A DNA stretch of 63,627 bases, filler included, from Chiloscyllium plagiosum (lineage: Eukaryota): assembly GCF_004010195.1 (NCBI RefSeq). It is 3 parts of one record of this genome, joined end to end, with 100 filler letters (N's around TTAATTAATTAA, not from the genome) between each part and the next. Parts side by side here need not be neighbours in the genome. Positions count along the whole stretch, not along the records: positions 15,893 to 36,166 come from NC_057713.1; positions 36,267 to 63,627 come from NC_057713.1; 1 more part is not named here. One strand, 5' to 3'. Positions 26,831 through 39,688 of this stretch are shown piece by piece (the first letter of the stretch is position 1; the number at the start of each line of letters is the position of its first letter). A program made the position numbers and the translations under genes. The notes under the pieces are model-generated. The model searched no databases and had not been told where the DNA came from. It saw nothing but the letters and a program-made list of their open reading frames with translations.

Positions 26831-27404
26831 CTGTGGGAGGAGAAACTCCAGTGTTAATTTACAGTTGATGCACAAACTCCTCACAATTTACATGAAGGCT
26901 TTTTGTACAAGTACATTAATAGAGAGATGAGCAAAGTGACCCTCTGTCAGATCAGCTAGATGAGACTATGATAAGTATTCCACACCAGGCAAGTCCAGTT
27001 CAATTTTAATCAACTTGTTTGAACATTTTATAACAGTGTCAGGTGGAACTTAAACCTGGGCACGATGGCACAGAGGCAGAGACAATACGACTGTTTGTAA
27101 AAACCTTGGGATCAATTAGAGTATTGATATTTTCTAAACAAACTGTTCAGAGATGGTCATTATATGCCTATAAAGCCAGTTGGACTTGAACCTGGACCCT
27201 GTGATTCAAAGGCAAGGACATTACTACTGCACCACAAGTGTTCCCATAAAACTGCTTTTGGATAATTTCTAATTGATATACAAGAAGAATAGGAAGCTAG
27301 ATGAAGATGGAAGAGTAACACTGTTTCAAGAAATAAGGATGGAGAATTATCATTTAGCATTGATCAGAAACTCTACTGGACTAGCTATTTAAAACTTTAA
27401 TCTA

Positions 27405-28203
27405 CCTTTGGAATATTGTGTGGAATTCTGGTCTCCCTCCTACAGGGAGGATATTGCAAAACTTGAAAGGATTCAGAAAAGATTTACAAGGCTGTTGCCA
27501 GGGTTGGAGGGTTTGAGCTATAGAGAGAGGCTGAATAGGCTGGAGCTGTTTTCCCTGGAGCGTCAGAAGCTTATAGGAGATTTAACAAAGGGGCATGGAT
27601 AGGGTAAACGGACAAAGTCGAACTAGGGGACATAGATTTAAAAGGGACCTTAAGGGTAAACACAAAGGGTGGTGTGTGCATGGATTGAGCTGCCAGAGAA
27701 AAGTGGTAGAGGCTGGGATAAATAGACAAAGTCTTTTCCCTGGGGTCGGGGAGTCCAGAACTAGAGGGCATAGGTTTAGGGTGAGAGGGGAAAGATATAA
27801 AAGAGACCTAAGGGGCAACTTTATCACAGAGGGTGGTACGTGTATGGAATGAGTTGCCAGAGGATGTGGTGGAGGCTGGTACAATTGCAATATTTAAGAG
27901 GCATTTGGATGATTATATGAATAGGAAGGTTTGGAGGGACATGAGCCGGGTGCTGGCAGGTGGGACTAGATCGAGTTGGGATATCTGGTCGGCATGGACA
28001 GGTTGGACCGAAGGGTCTGTTTCCATACTGTACATCTCTATGACTCTAATTACAACATTTAAAAAGCATCTGGATGTGATATATGAATAGGAAGGGTTTA
28101 GAGGGAAATGGCGCAAGTCTGGTAAATGGGACCAGGATATCTGGTCAACAGGGACAAGTTGCACTGAAGGGTCTGTTTCCATGCTGTACTTCTCTATAAC
28201 TCT
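27405..28203 (+). mobile_element. CR1 3' end with internal and terminal tandem duplications
   Basis: EYCVEFWSP...RTRGHRF occurs twice (27595-27720, 27717-27890); the 3' UTR also occurs twice (~27880-28048, ~28049-28203). Confidence 0.88.
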
Positions 28204-28214
28204 AGTGGAAATGG

Positions 28215-28560
28215 TCAATGTTCTACAACATCTCCCCGTGGACCCCTTTGATCAGGAGTTCGCCCCACAACACCAAGTCAGGTAGGTGGAGGACCTTCGC
28301 CTTACGGATGTGCAGGATGAGATCCATGCTCTCATATGCCTCTGTAATGGTGCAGAGGATGGTCTGGAGTACATCCTTAGATTGCACATATGCAAGCATT
28401 ATCTGTATACTGCAGCTTAAAGACACTGGGTAGGGTGACTTTGGTTTTGGCTTGAAGGCAGTAGAGGTTGAATAATTTCCCGCAGATTATGTAAGTCAGT
28501 TTCACTCCAACAGGGAACTTGTGGGCAGTGAGGTGAGGTATTACAATGAGGTAGATTGAG
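28215..28560 (-). mobile_element. RTE-clade LINE RT fragment
   Basis: Minus ORF 28377-28577 GVKLTY..GKLFNLYCLQAKTKV...LQYTDNAC resembles the RTE/BovB signature GKLFNLRRLQAKTKV...LQYADD. Confidence 0.75.
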
Positions 28561-28599
28561 AACAATGTCTTACGCAAGGAAGATCAAAATGCATACTTT

Positions 28600-28980
28600 C
28601 TGCCTTCTCGGATAGAAATTTACTTGTACCTCCACCAATGTTATATATGGCATCTGTTGCACCCAGTGTGGTCTCCTCTACATTGGGGAGACAGGACGTC
28701 TTCTTGCGGATCGTTTCAGAGACCATCTCTGGAATACCTGCACCCAGGAACCTCACTGCCCTGTGGCTCAAAACTTCAACCGCCCCTCCCATTGCGTCAA
28801 GTACATGCAAGTCTTGGACCTCCTCCACCATCAAACCTTTACCACCCGACAGCTGGAGGAAGAACGCCTCATATTTTGCCTTGGGACCCTGCAACCACAT
28901 GGGATAAATGTGGCTTTCAACAGCTTCCTCAGTGCCTTCCCCCAACATTATCACAGTCCCAAGCCTCCAGCTTGGCACAC
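28600..28980 (+). mobile_element. Penelope-like (Neptune-type) GIY-YIG endonuclease fragment, frame open
   Basis: From 28616: KFTCTSTNVIYGICCTQCGLLYIGETGRLLADRFRDHL...LEEERLIFCLGTLQPHGIN; VIY...YIG and the catalytic R/E/N positions are recognisable. Confidence 0.88.
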
Positions 28981-29137
28981 AACAAATTCAATAGAGAAGC
29001 AGATGTCAGCTCCCTTTAGGTATAATTCTGTTTTCTAAAACATTGAATTCTTGCCATACAGCAGAAATTAGGACAAGCAATGCAAGAGATTCCTAGAAAT
29101 CAGATAATTAATCTAAATAATGGAGAAAATTACTTAC

Positions 29138-29219
29138 GAAACAGTTTCCCAAAGGATTCCCTTTTTACTCGCTCAGCTTCGTAGAACTGTTTTCCTTCTT
29201 TTACAAGAGCACTGGCCCA
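29138..29219 (-). CDS. RB1CC1: RB1CC1 coding exon, 82 nt (WASALVKEGKQFYEAERVKRESFGKLF)
   Basis: gaaag|TGG ... TTTC|gtaag; matches human WAGALVKDGKRLYEAEKSKRESFGKLF; preceded by a 94-nt intron. Confidence 0.96.
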
Positions 29220-29313
29220 CTTTCAAATTAAAAGGAAGTTAATTAGTTTAGTTTTAAATGTTGTATATCCATAGTAATATTATAAGATTTAGAACAGAAT
29301 TGATTAGACACAC

Positions 29314-29500
29314 CTCTCTGTAATGTTTAGTGAACACTTTCCGCCTTACTACCTCAACTACAGCAAGGCAGTACATTTGAGGAACATTGCTAAGTGCCTC
29401 AACAATTCGTATTCTCTCTTGCAGTTCTGTCAGAAGCCTTAGCAAAGCCTGGAGTTTTTCACCATTCTGATCTGCATGAAGCATCACGTAACAGCACCAT
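29314..29500 (-). CDS. RB1CC1: RB1CC1 coding exon, 187 nt (WCCYVMLHADQNGEKLQALLRLL...VVEVVRRKVFTKHYRE)
   Basis: attag|A TGG ... GAG|gtgtg; overlaps ORF 29254-29487; near-identical to the ATG17-like region of human RB1CC1. Confidence 0.97.
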
Positions 29501-30044
29501 CTAATAAAAACAAATCAAAAACAAAATAAGCGCTAAATTGAATGACTTTGAAACATAGGATCTGGAAAGACTTTACCCTGTGAAATTTACTGAAAACTTC
29601 TGCCAAAATAACCTCTTTAACAATGGTAGATAACTAACTCATTGCACATGCAAGGAGTAAAGGATGACAGAAGGCATTTCAAATAAAACCACAAATTAAC
29701 TTGTTAGTCCACTGGGGAGCAGCTCCTCAGAATCGGTCAATTTTACTTTTGGAGTGACTTTCCTCCAATTATCACCCCAATGATTGAATTTTGAAAAGTG
29801 TTGTGGCAGCGTTTGAGGGGCTGCCAATGTTTTATGAACATTACTATAATGGGTATTCTAGGCATGTTAGAAGTCAAACTAAGCAGGAATTAATGTCTCT
29901 TTTAAAAACAGTATGTTTAATTTAAAAATATTAAATGAGCAATTGTTTCAGAAAGCAAAATTAGTAATATTCATCTCAACATTTAAGTTAATATTCTGTT
30001 CTTACATTTGAGCTGTCGTGCACAATAATCAGATAGCAATAGTA

Positions 30045-30367
30045 CAAGTACTCAATCCTTTATCCAAAATCCTGAAATCCAAAAAGCTCCAAAATCCGAA
30101 CTTTCTTTGTGAATTTATTTCTCCGTAATAAGGTTGTTTGGTGTGCAAACAGTTAACCCAACTCCATACCCAAGCGAACCACGTGACTCAGATGTGAGGT
30201 GGGGGCGTGGCCCAGCACTGGAAGATGTCAATTCTGCCTAAGGGTTGCTGCTCGGTAAGATTGTTTTAATTTCACCGTTAAACTGTCACTTATTCTAAAG
30301 TCTGAAAAATTCCAAATTCCGAAAGCCAGCGGGTCCTAAGAGTTTTGGATAAAGGATTGTGCACCTG
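30045..30367. mobile_element. Non-autonomous pogo/Tigger MITE (Tigger4/MER46-like), TA TSD
   Basis: TIRs CAAGTACTCAATCCTTTATCCAAAA / TTTTGGATAAAGGATTGTGCACCTG flanked by TA at 30043-44 and 30368-69; subterminal AAATCC repeats. Confidence 0.85.
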
Positions 30368-30808
30368 TACCACAAACTGGTACTGGAAAAGCAGGCAAAT
30401 TTCAAAACAAATAATTGAAGATTGAATATTCCCTGTGCCATGTTGTCAAAATTGAAGAACAGGTTCAAAAATAATGATAACAGTGCAATTTAAGGACTGA
30501 GGAACAATTTCGAAACAGCTTTTAAGTATCTTTACACAATTCAAAAACTGGAGCATCAGTTATTGATATCTGTGCCACAGGGAAAGTATACATCCATTGT
30601 ATATTTAACATATTAACATGGAATTCAATTTTCAAATGGAGCTCCAAGTGTGAACTTATCTCCATAAACAAAGATATTTTATAAACAGAAATCAAAACTA
30701 GAAAAATCACTAGTCAGCAACTAATTTTTGAAGTGAGAAATTGGTCATTTCTCCTTAGTTTCCAAAGTTTCTAATAAAACTTTTAATCTCAAACATAATC
30801 ATACTTAC

Positions 30809-30993
30809 TTCAATCTGACTTGTAAGTTATTTGCAAGTTCCTGCTTAGCAGTGGTACATTTCTGTTTAATATCCAGCAGTTTCTTGTGGTTTGTTAACAT
30901 AATCATTAACTGATTTGCATGACTCAGACATAAATCAGGAAGAACTGATGGGTCTTTCAGGTTTTCAGCCCTCTGCTGATTTGCTAAAAATCC
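30809..30993 (-). CDS. RB1CC1: RB1CC1 coding exon, 185 nt (GFLANQQRAENLKDPSVLPDLCLSHANQLMIMLTNHKKLLDIKQKCTTAKQELANNLQVRLK)
   Basis: aacag|GGA ... TTGAA|gtaag; matches human GFLANQKRAENLKDASVLPDLCLSHANQLMIMLQNH...; not in the ORF track. Confidence 0.97.
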
Positions 30994-31839
30994 CTGTTAG
31001 TAGAAAATAAAATATTTATGATACAAAATTCACACTTACAAATTACTTTTAGGCAGTATAGAAATACATCAAAAGGTTCCAGCATCAAATCACATTGCAA
31101 CTCACTTTGAAGAAGGAATCCAGACAACCAAATATGCATTTAAAAGGACATTTAGTTCTTCAGAGGTTTTATTTTAAAAACCCTATCTCAATTACTTTGA
31201 GCTGATGCCAGACGAAGAAATGCATTTACTGATTATTTAAATAAAGTGTGACCAACAAATGCCACAGAACTATCAAAATCTTATAAACAGATATGTAGAA
31301 ATGGGGAGATTCATGAAAATTTGCTGGTTCCAATTAAAAATTATTCAAAATAAAATGTACAGAAATATGCCAGGGCAGTACCAGTCATTCCCAAGTGAAG
31401 CTTCAACTCAAAATTACGTGTACTAAACATTAGAAATAATATGCCAAAGAGAGCTAAGCAATCCCACAAAAACACATCAAATCAAAATCAAGTCCCTACA
31501 TTTCTGCTACATTTAATTCTGAATGATGGACAATTGAACAACCAAAGGAAAAGATTCCATGAATGTTCGCAATGGCAATGACAGCAGCAACCTGACCAGG
31601 AAGACTAAAGCACGTGCAACTATTTTCAGCCAGAAATGCCAAGTGGTGATGTAACTTGGCCTCTGGTAGAGGTTCCCAGCATCACAATAGCTAGTCTTCA
31701 GCTCTGAAGAGTCATCTAGACTCTCTCGCTCTCTGGATGCTCCCTGTCCCACTGTGATCTCCAACATTTGTTGCTTTCAGTACGGATTCCACCATCTGCA
31801 GTTCCTATATGCCTGGTCTTCAGCTAATTCCAATTCACT

Positions 31840-33165
31840 CGAATTGATATTGAAAAACTGCTGAAGGTGCTGGATACTGCAAAAGCACAGAGACCTGAAA
31901 ATATTCCACCACTAATACTGAAGATGTGATCCAGAACTAGACATGTCATTAGCTACAACTCCAACATGGAAAATCTCCCAGGTATGATCTGTACACAAAT
32001 GGCAGGAGAATCCAACCTAGCCATTTATTACTCCAACAATCTATTCTCAATAAAAGTGATAAAAAAGGACAATAACCTGCTCAGACACTCAATTTAGGTT
32101 TCTACAGAGGCACTCAGCCTCTGACCTCATTACAGACTAAGTCATAGTACAGATAAAAGAGATTAAATCTACAGGTGAAGCAAGGCTGATTGTTAAATGT
32201 TGCCTTTTTGTCAAAGTATAGCATTAAGCAACCCTGGCAGTATTAGAACTGGGGACAAAGCTCTCCAATGGTTACCTAGTCAGACATAGTATAAAAGGAA
32301 GCTGGGTTGTGGTTGTTAAAAATCAACCATCTCAGTCCCAGGTCATCACTACGAACTTCTCAAGGTACTGTCCTCACCCACCTATCTTCGACTGATATAT
32401 CATAACCATCCCTCCAACATAACTTCCAAGTGGGGACGTTTGCTGATGATTGATGTTCAGCACCATTAATAACTCCTTAGAAATTGAAGCAGTTCATATC
32501 CACCTGCACTTGGACAACATCCAGACTTGGGCTAATAAGACATTCGTGCCATATAAGTGCCAGCCAATGACTTCACAACCATATCCTGCTCATCACGGAC
32601 CAGAAACTGAATGAGACCAGCCATATAAATACCGTGGCTACAAAAATAGGTCACAGATTAGAAATTCTTTGGCAATAACCCACCTCCTGTCTCTTCAGTA
32701 CTTGTCAACATTTGCAAGTGACAAGTAAGGAATGTGATGGAATACTCTCTCCACTTGCCTGACTGGATGCAGTTCCATCAACATTCCTTTTGATTGTCCA
32801 TGCATCGCTTTTAACACGCACCCCTTCACTACCAATGGACAGTGGTAGCAGTATGCATCATCAACACGATACACTGCAGCAACAAAGGCTCCTATGACAG
32901 CACCTTCCAAATCTACAACTTCTGAAGGACAAGGGATGGCAACACCAACTGTAAGTTACTCTCCCAAGCCACTCACCAGACTGACATGGAAACATACTGT
33001 CCTTCTTTACCATCATGGAATCAAAACTCTGAACTTCCTTTTTAATGTCACTGTGGGTGTGTGTATCTGCACCAAAAAAGCACAGTGATTCAAGAAGATA
33101 GGTCACCACCATTTTCTCAGGGGCAATCAGGCATGGGCAATAAAGAGGACGCTGCCAACATCAAG
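31840..33165 (+). mobile_element. Family B LINE RT region, decayed
   Basis: Colinear with 55040-56520; GTFADD-like motif near 32435; shared tail CACCACCATTTTCTCAGGGGCAAT. Confidence 0.7.
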
Positions 33166-35121
33166 ATATTATTTGAACAAACAAGGAAAATGTATTCACT
33201 GTTTCTGCACCCGCTTCCTTAAAGATCAAGTATGCAGGCTATCAAGTCCCTGGAGCCTGTCAGCTTCAAGTTTCATTGGTTTTCCCCAATAGGTTTTCTC
33301 CAGTGATAGTTTAAATTCTCTCCTCCCTTTTGTCTTGATTTTCCTACATACTTAGGATGTATCTTTGTGTCAGATTAGTGAAATATAAAATACTCATTCA
33401 AAGTCTCTGCTACTTCCCATTAATTCCCAAGTGCACCCTTTAAGGGCTAGTAATCACGTTAGTTACTCTGTTATATTACATATAATTTATAGAAGATTTT
33501 ACATCTGTTTATATTTGTTGCTAGTTCTCCCATACACAAATTTCTTCTTCATTATTCTCAAATTTTTCTGATTTTCTGGGGCAACCACTAATTTTTACAG
33601 TATGGTACACTGCACTTTTTTCTATTTGATAGTATCCTCAACGTCCTTAGTTAGCCTGGGATAATGCATCCTTCCAGTCATGCTTTACTTTCTCAATGAA
33701 ATGCCGCTTCAAAGTGTCAGCCACTGTACCTCTACTGTCTCCACCTTTTAACCGCCTTACCAAACCCACTTTTTGCCTTATGTCTTCATACCCTAGTAAT
33801 GCTTTAGTTTCAGACAATACATTAAGATCCAAGTTTGTCATCATCAAACTAAATGTGAAATTCTATCACTCATATCTAAAGGATCTTTTACAATACCATC
33901 TTTAACCAATTCTGCATAATTATTGCCACACATGGAATAAAAGCCAATACATACATTCCAAATACTAAACAGTCTAAAAAAGATAGCAACTTTAATCACA
34001 TGACTGGATTTTGCAGCAGGCAGCAAGTACAACTGCTGGCAACTATGCATGTGCACTTATTCGTGCATGTGGTAAGAAAATATTCCATCACTAAAACTGA
34101 AGAACTAGAGCTACAGCTCCAACATGGCAATGTGGAAAATCACCCAGGTATGATCTGTACACAAAAGGCCAAATAAATTCTGTGTGATGGCATATTGTAT
34201 GTATAACATGTTCACAAATGCAACAGTGCGCATGTGCAGGAAAGCGCAGGAGATTCTGAAATAGGCTCCAGCGATGGTCATCCTTGGGAATGAGAACTGA
34301 GGGGGCCTAGAAGCCAAACCCCAAATTACCATTCACCACCCCCCCACCTTCCTGGGTTCCAATCTCCCCCACCCAATCCAGAACTCTACCCCTTCCTAGG
34401 ACAGAGTTCCTCAAACTGCTTGTTTGAGCATGTCGAATTTAAAATGGCACACAATACACTGTGACTGTGTGGCAAACTCATTTCTCCCTAAATATTTTCA
34501 CATCTTGGTTTCTCTGAGCTTAAGTCCTCCCTCTGTACTGTGCTAATAACATCATTAGCAAACAGCGCCATCCCTTCAAACTTTCAGATTTGGTCATTCC
34601 TAAATGTCATGTACACTTCAAGATCCAGGTTTTAATCTATGACATCCCGCAGCAATGTCTCTGTAATCATTTCCAGATTATACTTACTTCTCTTATTTTG
34701 CGTATTCAGTTCATTCATTTTATTTCACACACTTAGTATACTTAGATACATGGCCTTCAGTTTTATCTTTTTACTCTCTTGCTTTGGGTGCAAAGAAGAG
34801 ATGTATGCTTTTATCTGATAGGTGGAGTGCATTTGGTAAGAGTGAGTATGCAACATAATATTTCAAATGGCTGAGTGTAAAACAGTGGTTGATGAATAGA
34901 TGGAAGTTCACAGAAAGATGAGCAGCACTTTATAAAAATGTAAGTTGTACAACAAAGGTACGTCAGTCTGAGGTGTGAGGTGTTGAAGCCAGGTTAACAA
35001 GGCAGAAACAAAGTGGTAAGATTAGATGTACAGCAGAATACAGATGAATATCTCACTGTTCTAATTTGCTTATATCCTTAAAGCATTTTCAGAATTCAGT
35101 TCATCAGCATAGAAGTACAGG

Positions 35122-35470
35122 GAGGTGACAGGGTGGCTCAGAGGTTATTACAATACCGGGAATCAGATTCAATTCCGATCCTGGATGAGTGTGCAAACTT
35201 TATACGGACAGACATTCTTCCCAAGTCTGTGTGGGTTTCCACTGGGTGCTCTGGTGCTGCAGGTTAGGTGGATTGGCTGTGCTAAATTGCCCTGTAGCAT
35301 CCAGGAATGTACAAGTTGGGTGGATTAGCGATGGTAAATGAAGGGTTATGGGGAAAGGGTTGGGAGTGGTGGGGAAGTTCTGGGGGCTAGGTCCGAGTGG
35401 GATGCTCTTTAGACGGTAGACGCAGAGTTGATTGCCACAATGACGTCTTTTTGTATTTTAGGGATTCAAT
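35122..35470 (+). mobile_element. HE1/V-type tRNA-derived SINE, decayed
   Basis: GGTGGCTCAGAGGTT head and TCTGTGTGGGTTTCC...GCAGGTTAGGTGGATTGGC core shared with 46184-46496 and 57757-58045. Confidence 0.7.
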
Positions 35471-35480
35471 ATTCTACGAC

Positions 35481-35803
35481 AGCCAAGTGGTATTATCACT
35501 GGATTGCTAATCCAAGTATAGACCTGGTGACCTGCATTTAAACCCAGTAAAGCAGATGTGGAATTTGAATTTAATAAACTTTGCAATTAGGAGTCTAAAA
35601 TGATGACCATGAAACTATGCTCCTGGACAGAAAAACTCATCTGGGTCACTAATATCTTTTAGAGAAGGAAACCACACTTCTTGCATAAATCTGTCTTACA
35701 TATGACTTCAAACCCACAGCAATTTGGTTGACTTTTAACGGTCCTCTAGGCAATATATGCTGGCCTGGACAGTGATGCCCACATCCTGTGAATGAATAAG
35801 AAA
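35481..35803 (+). mobile_element. Short tRNA(Ser)-like-headed element made of the 5' head and 3' tail of the family B LINE
   Basis: 35481-35745 matches 53300-53575 and 35748-35803 matches 56480-56538; TGGATTGCTAATCCA resembles a tRNA-Ser(GCT) anticodon arm. Confidence 0.7.
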
Positions 35804-35859
35804 ACACTCCTACAGCCAAACTCCTCTGCTACCTCTAACTCTGCCTTTTGGTCTATTAG

Positions 35860-36166
35860 GAGAAAGTGAGGTCTGCAGATGCTGGAGATCAGAGCTGAAA
35901 ATGTGTTGCTGGAAAAGTGCAGCAGGTCAGGCAGCATCCAGGGAACAGGAGAATCGACATTTCGGGCATAAGCCCTTCTTCAGGAATGAGGAAAGTTTGT
36001 CCAGCAGGCTAAGATAAAAGGTAGGGAGGAGGGACTTGGGGGAGGGGCGTCGGAAATGTGATAGGTACTACAAACAAACCATTATCTCCCAGACCGTCCA
36101 TAACCTCATCACCTCGGGGGATCTCCCATCCACCACCTCCAACCTCATAGTCCCACAACCCCGCAC
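35860..36166. mobile_element. Penelope-like element: inverted 3' terminus with hammerhead (minus) joined to a plus-strand RT-proximal fragment; runs into the spacer
   Basis: 35860-36065 is the reverse complement of ~60060-60267; minus strand has CTGAAGAAGGGCTTATGCCCGAAATGTC at 35956-35983; followed by QTIISQTVHNLITSGDLPSTTSNLIVPQPR. Confidence 0.8.
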
Positions 36167-36266
36167 NNNNNNNNNNNNNNNNNNNNNNNNNNNNNNNNNN
36201 NNNNNNNNNNTTAATTAATTAANNNNNNNNNNNNNNNNNNNNNNNNNNNNNNNNNNNNNNNNNNNN
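36167..36266. other. Artificial contig spacer (44 N + TTAATTAATTAA + 44 N) separating the RB1CC1 and ATP6V1H blocks
   Basis: Same design as 15793-15892; different repeat families on the two sides. Confidence 0.95.
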
Positions 36267-37165
36267 AGTTTGCAGATTACACCAAAATTGCAAGTGTAGT
36301 GGATAGCGAAGAGGGTTACCTCAGATTGCAATAGGATCTTGACCAGATGGGCCAATGGGCTGAGAAGTGGCAGATGGAGTTTAATTCAGATAAATGCGAG
36401 GTGCTGCATTTTGGGAAAGCAAATCTTAGCAGGACTTATACACTTAATGGTAAGGTCCTAGGGAGTGTTGCTGAACAAAGAGACCTTGGAGTTCAGGTTC
36501 ATCGCTCCTTGAAAGTGGAGTCACAGGTAAATAAGATAGTGAAGGTATTTGGTATGCTTTCCTTTATTGGTCAAAGTATTGAGTTCAGGAGTTGGGAGGG
36601 CATGTTGCGGCTGTACAGGAATTGTTGGAATATTGCGTGCAATTCTGGTCCCCTTCCTATTGGAAAGATGTTGTGAAACTTGAAAGGGTTCAGAAAAGAT
36701 TTACAAGGATGTTGCCAGGGTTCGAGGATTTGAGCTATAGGGAGAGGCTGAACAGGCTGGGGCTGTTTTCCCTGGAGTGACAGATGCTGAGGGGTGACCA
36801 TATAGAGGTTCACAAAATTATGAGGGGGATGGATAGAGTAAATAGACAAAGTCTTTTCCCTGGGGTCGGGGAGTCCAGAACTAGAGGGCATAAGGTTTAG
36901 GTGAGAGGGGAAAGATTTAAGAGAGACCTAACAGGCAACTTTTTCACACAGAGGGTAGTACATGTATGGAATGAGCTGCCAGAGGAAGTGGTGGAGGCTG
37001 GTACAATTGCAACATTTAAGAGACATTTGGATGGGTATATGAATAGGAAGGGTTTGGAGGGATATGGGCCGGGTGCTGGCAGGTGGGACTAGATTGGGTT
37101 GAGATACCTGGTCGGGACGGGTTGGACCGAAGGGTCCGTTTCCATGCTGTACATCTCTATGACTA
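36267..37165 (+). mobile_element. CR1 LINE 3' end
   Basis: FADYTK, KWQMEFNSDKCEVLHFG, QRDLGVQV, FTRMLPG; tail CTCTATGACT. Confidence 0.92.
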
Positions 37166-39688
37166 ATACTCTAGGCATAGCCTCACCAAGACCCTGTATA
37201 ACTGCAACAACACATCCCTGTTCCTGTACACGAAACCTCTCAAAATGAAGGCCAACATACCATTTGTCTCCTTTACCATCTGCTGCACCTACATGCTTAC
37301 CTTCAGTGACTGGTACATAAGGACACCCAGGTCCTGCCGCACACTCCCATCTCCCAATTTACAGCCATTCATGTCGTAAGCTGCCTTCTTGTTTTTGCTT
37401 CCAAAGTGACTAACTTCACATTTATCCAAATTATACTGCATCTGGTATTGAATTCCCCACTCACCCAATCTGTCCAGATCATGAAGGATCTCTGCACCGA
37501 GTCACAGTTCACTCTCCCACCCAACTTGGTATCATCTGCAAACTTTGAGACATACTTTCACAACAAGACTGAACATTCAACTTACACTTCAATCTCTGTT
37601 TTATGTACAGTCACTTCTAATGTTTGATCAAAAGGACCTTATCGCACATGCTCTCAAATACCTGCAGTCTACTCCAATATTGATGAACAAAAATCAGAAA
37701 TCATTAAAGCATAAAAGGAGGGCATTCATCCACAGTCAATGACTGTAAAGCAATCCAGTCAGTCTCATTTCCCTAATCTTTATAGACAGCTCTGCTAGTT
37801 TCCCTCACCTGCCTCTACAAGCACTCTTTAAAAATCACTGATTGCCTCAGACTCTCCAAACATTGTAGGCAGGGAGTTCGAGTGCTCTTCCTATATTACA
37901 TCCCCAAAATGTGTGCAGAGACTGGGAATACAACCAGCTAATGGCAACAGCTTTTCACTTTACCGGTCATAAAACCTGTACTTTTTAAACAACAAGTACC
38001 TCAAAATTTCATTGTGCAGATGAGAACAATCTTCCAAAAACATGGCCATTAGAATGGAATGTGATGCTGTGTAGCCAAACCAGAACTTTAAGGGTGCAGA
38101 ATCACCTCCACGCTTTGTACTCAATACTATTGACCACATCCAAGAGCTCACATAGTCTGCTTACTGTTCATTCAACACATTGTTATTTTCAAATGTCTAT
38201 GCACATGAACCTCAGATCCATTATTCTGACAATTTAGAACTGTGCTCTTAAGTCCATATTTCCTCAGCCTACCTTTTCTGCCAAAGTTCATTAAGCCTCA
38301 CTTTCATCTTAAGATCTGTCACTCGTCTAACCATCGTTAGCATAATTCCTGTTGCAGTCAATTGTTATCTTTAGTCTGCCTCACCTCCAAATTTAAGCAA
38401 AGTTTGAAATTTTACTCCCTATTCCATTATCAAGTCAGAAAATGTCCAAATAATTCTTAGACAATAGCATTGTGTAAAATAAACACCTATACGGATTTGC
38501 TTTTTCTGTCCTTAACTAATTTTGCATCCAAGCTGATGAATTCCTCTTCTATTCCACAAATCTTGATCATATAAAGAAGGCTTATGATTCTTCAAAATCT
38601 CTTTTTTGAAATCTATCCATTCCTTCTTCAACTTGTTGTTCCTACATCAAACTTGGTTACTCAAGGACTATCTTCCTTAACAAATCTATATTGGCTCACC
38701 ATAATGAATTCAAAGCTCTCGAAGTGCCTATCTACTTAACTTATACCCCAATTATTTGTTGTAATCACTGATGTTAAAATGTATTTACTCCAAACATTCT
38801 TACTTCATTGCTGGAAATGTTTTGGAGCCAACCTGACTCATATCTAAAGATCCATCGGCTATGTCCATGCTTCAGCAACATGGAAAGAAAGACAAGAAGT
38901 TGCAGAAGTAGGTCATTTGACCCTTCATACCCAACCTGACATTTGATTATGGCCCTAGCTGTGCTCCTCATAACCAGTAATCAAAAGGCTTTAATATATT
39001 CAAAGACTCAGCCATCAATTCTCACTGCAGAAGAAAATTCCACAGACTAACTACCCTCAAAATTATCCTCATCGCATTCTTAAAAAGACCTTAAATCTAC
39101 ATATCCTAGCTCTAAGCTCTCCAAACAGAGGAACATTCTCTCAGGATCCATCTTGACGACTACCTTCAAAATCTTATGATTCAATAAGATCACCTTTCTT
39201 TCTTAACTCCAATGGATGTGGCCCCACTCTGCTCAATATTTCCTCAAGATTGCTCCTTCTGCTCCAGAATCAGGTGAAAGAATCTCATCTAACATGATCC
39301 TCAAACAAGGAGGCCAGAAATGCACAGAGTACTCCATATGTAAACGAACCAAAGTCCAGAACAGCTTTAAAACAACTTGACTGCTTGTAAAGAATACAAA
39401 TCATTGGCTTTCTCCCTAATCAGGTGAAGTAGCATGATCTGGGTAACATATGAAATGAATCAATGTTTCCTACAGTTCTTCTCCAATCATTTGGCTTTTC
39501 AATTCTTCCACCCAAAACAAACAAATGCACATATTCTCATATTGTATATCATTTGCCAAATTTGCCCACTCACTTATTACACTTGTTTCCCCAACTCCAC
39601 TTGACGACTTATTTTTCCACCCATCTCTATCATCAGCAAATTCAGTCCCTTCACCTAAATCACAAATTGTAAATAGTTCAGAACCCAC
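37166..39688 (-). mobile_element. Several antisense, decayed CR1 fragments
   Basis: 37170-37545 and 38880-39688 are reverse-complement CR1 RT/3' sequence (e.g. CCAACTTGGTATCATCTGCAAACT). The last fragment is interrupted by the provirus and appears to resume at 47117. Confidence 0.6.
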
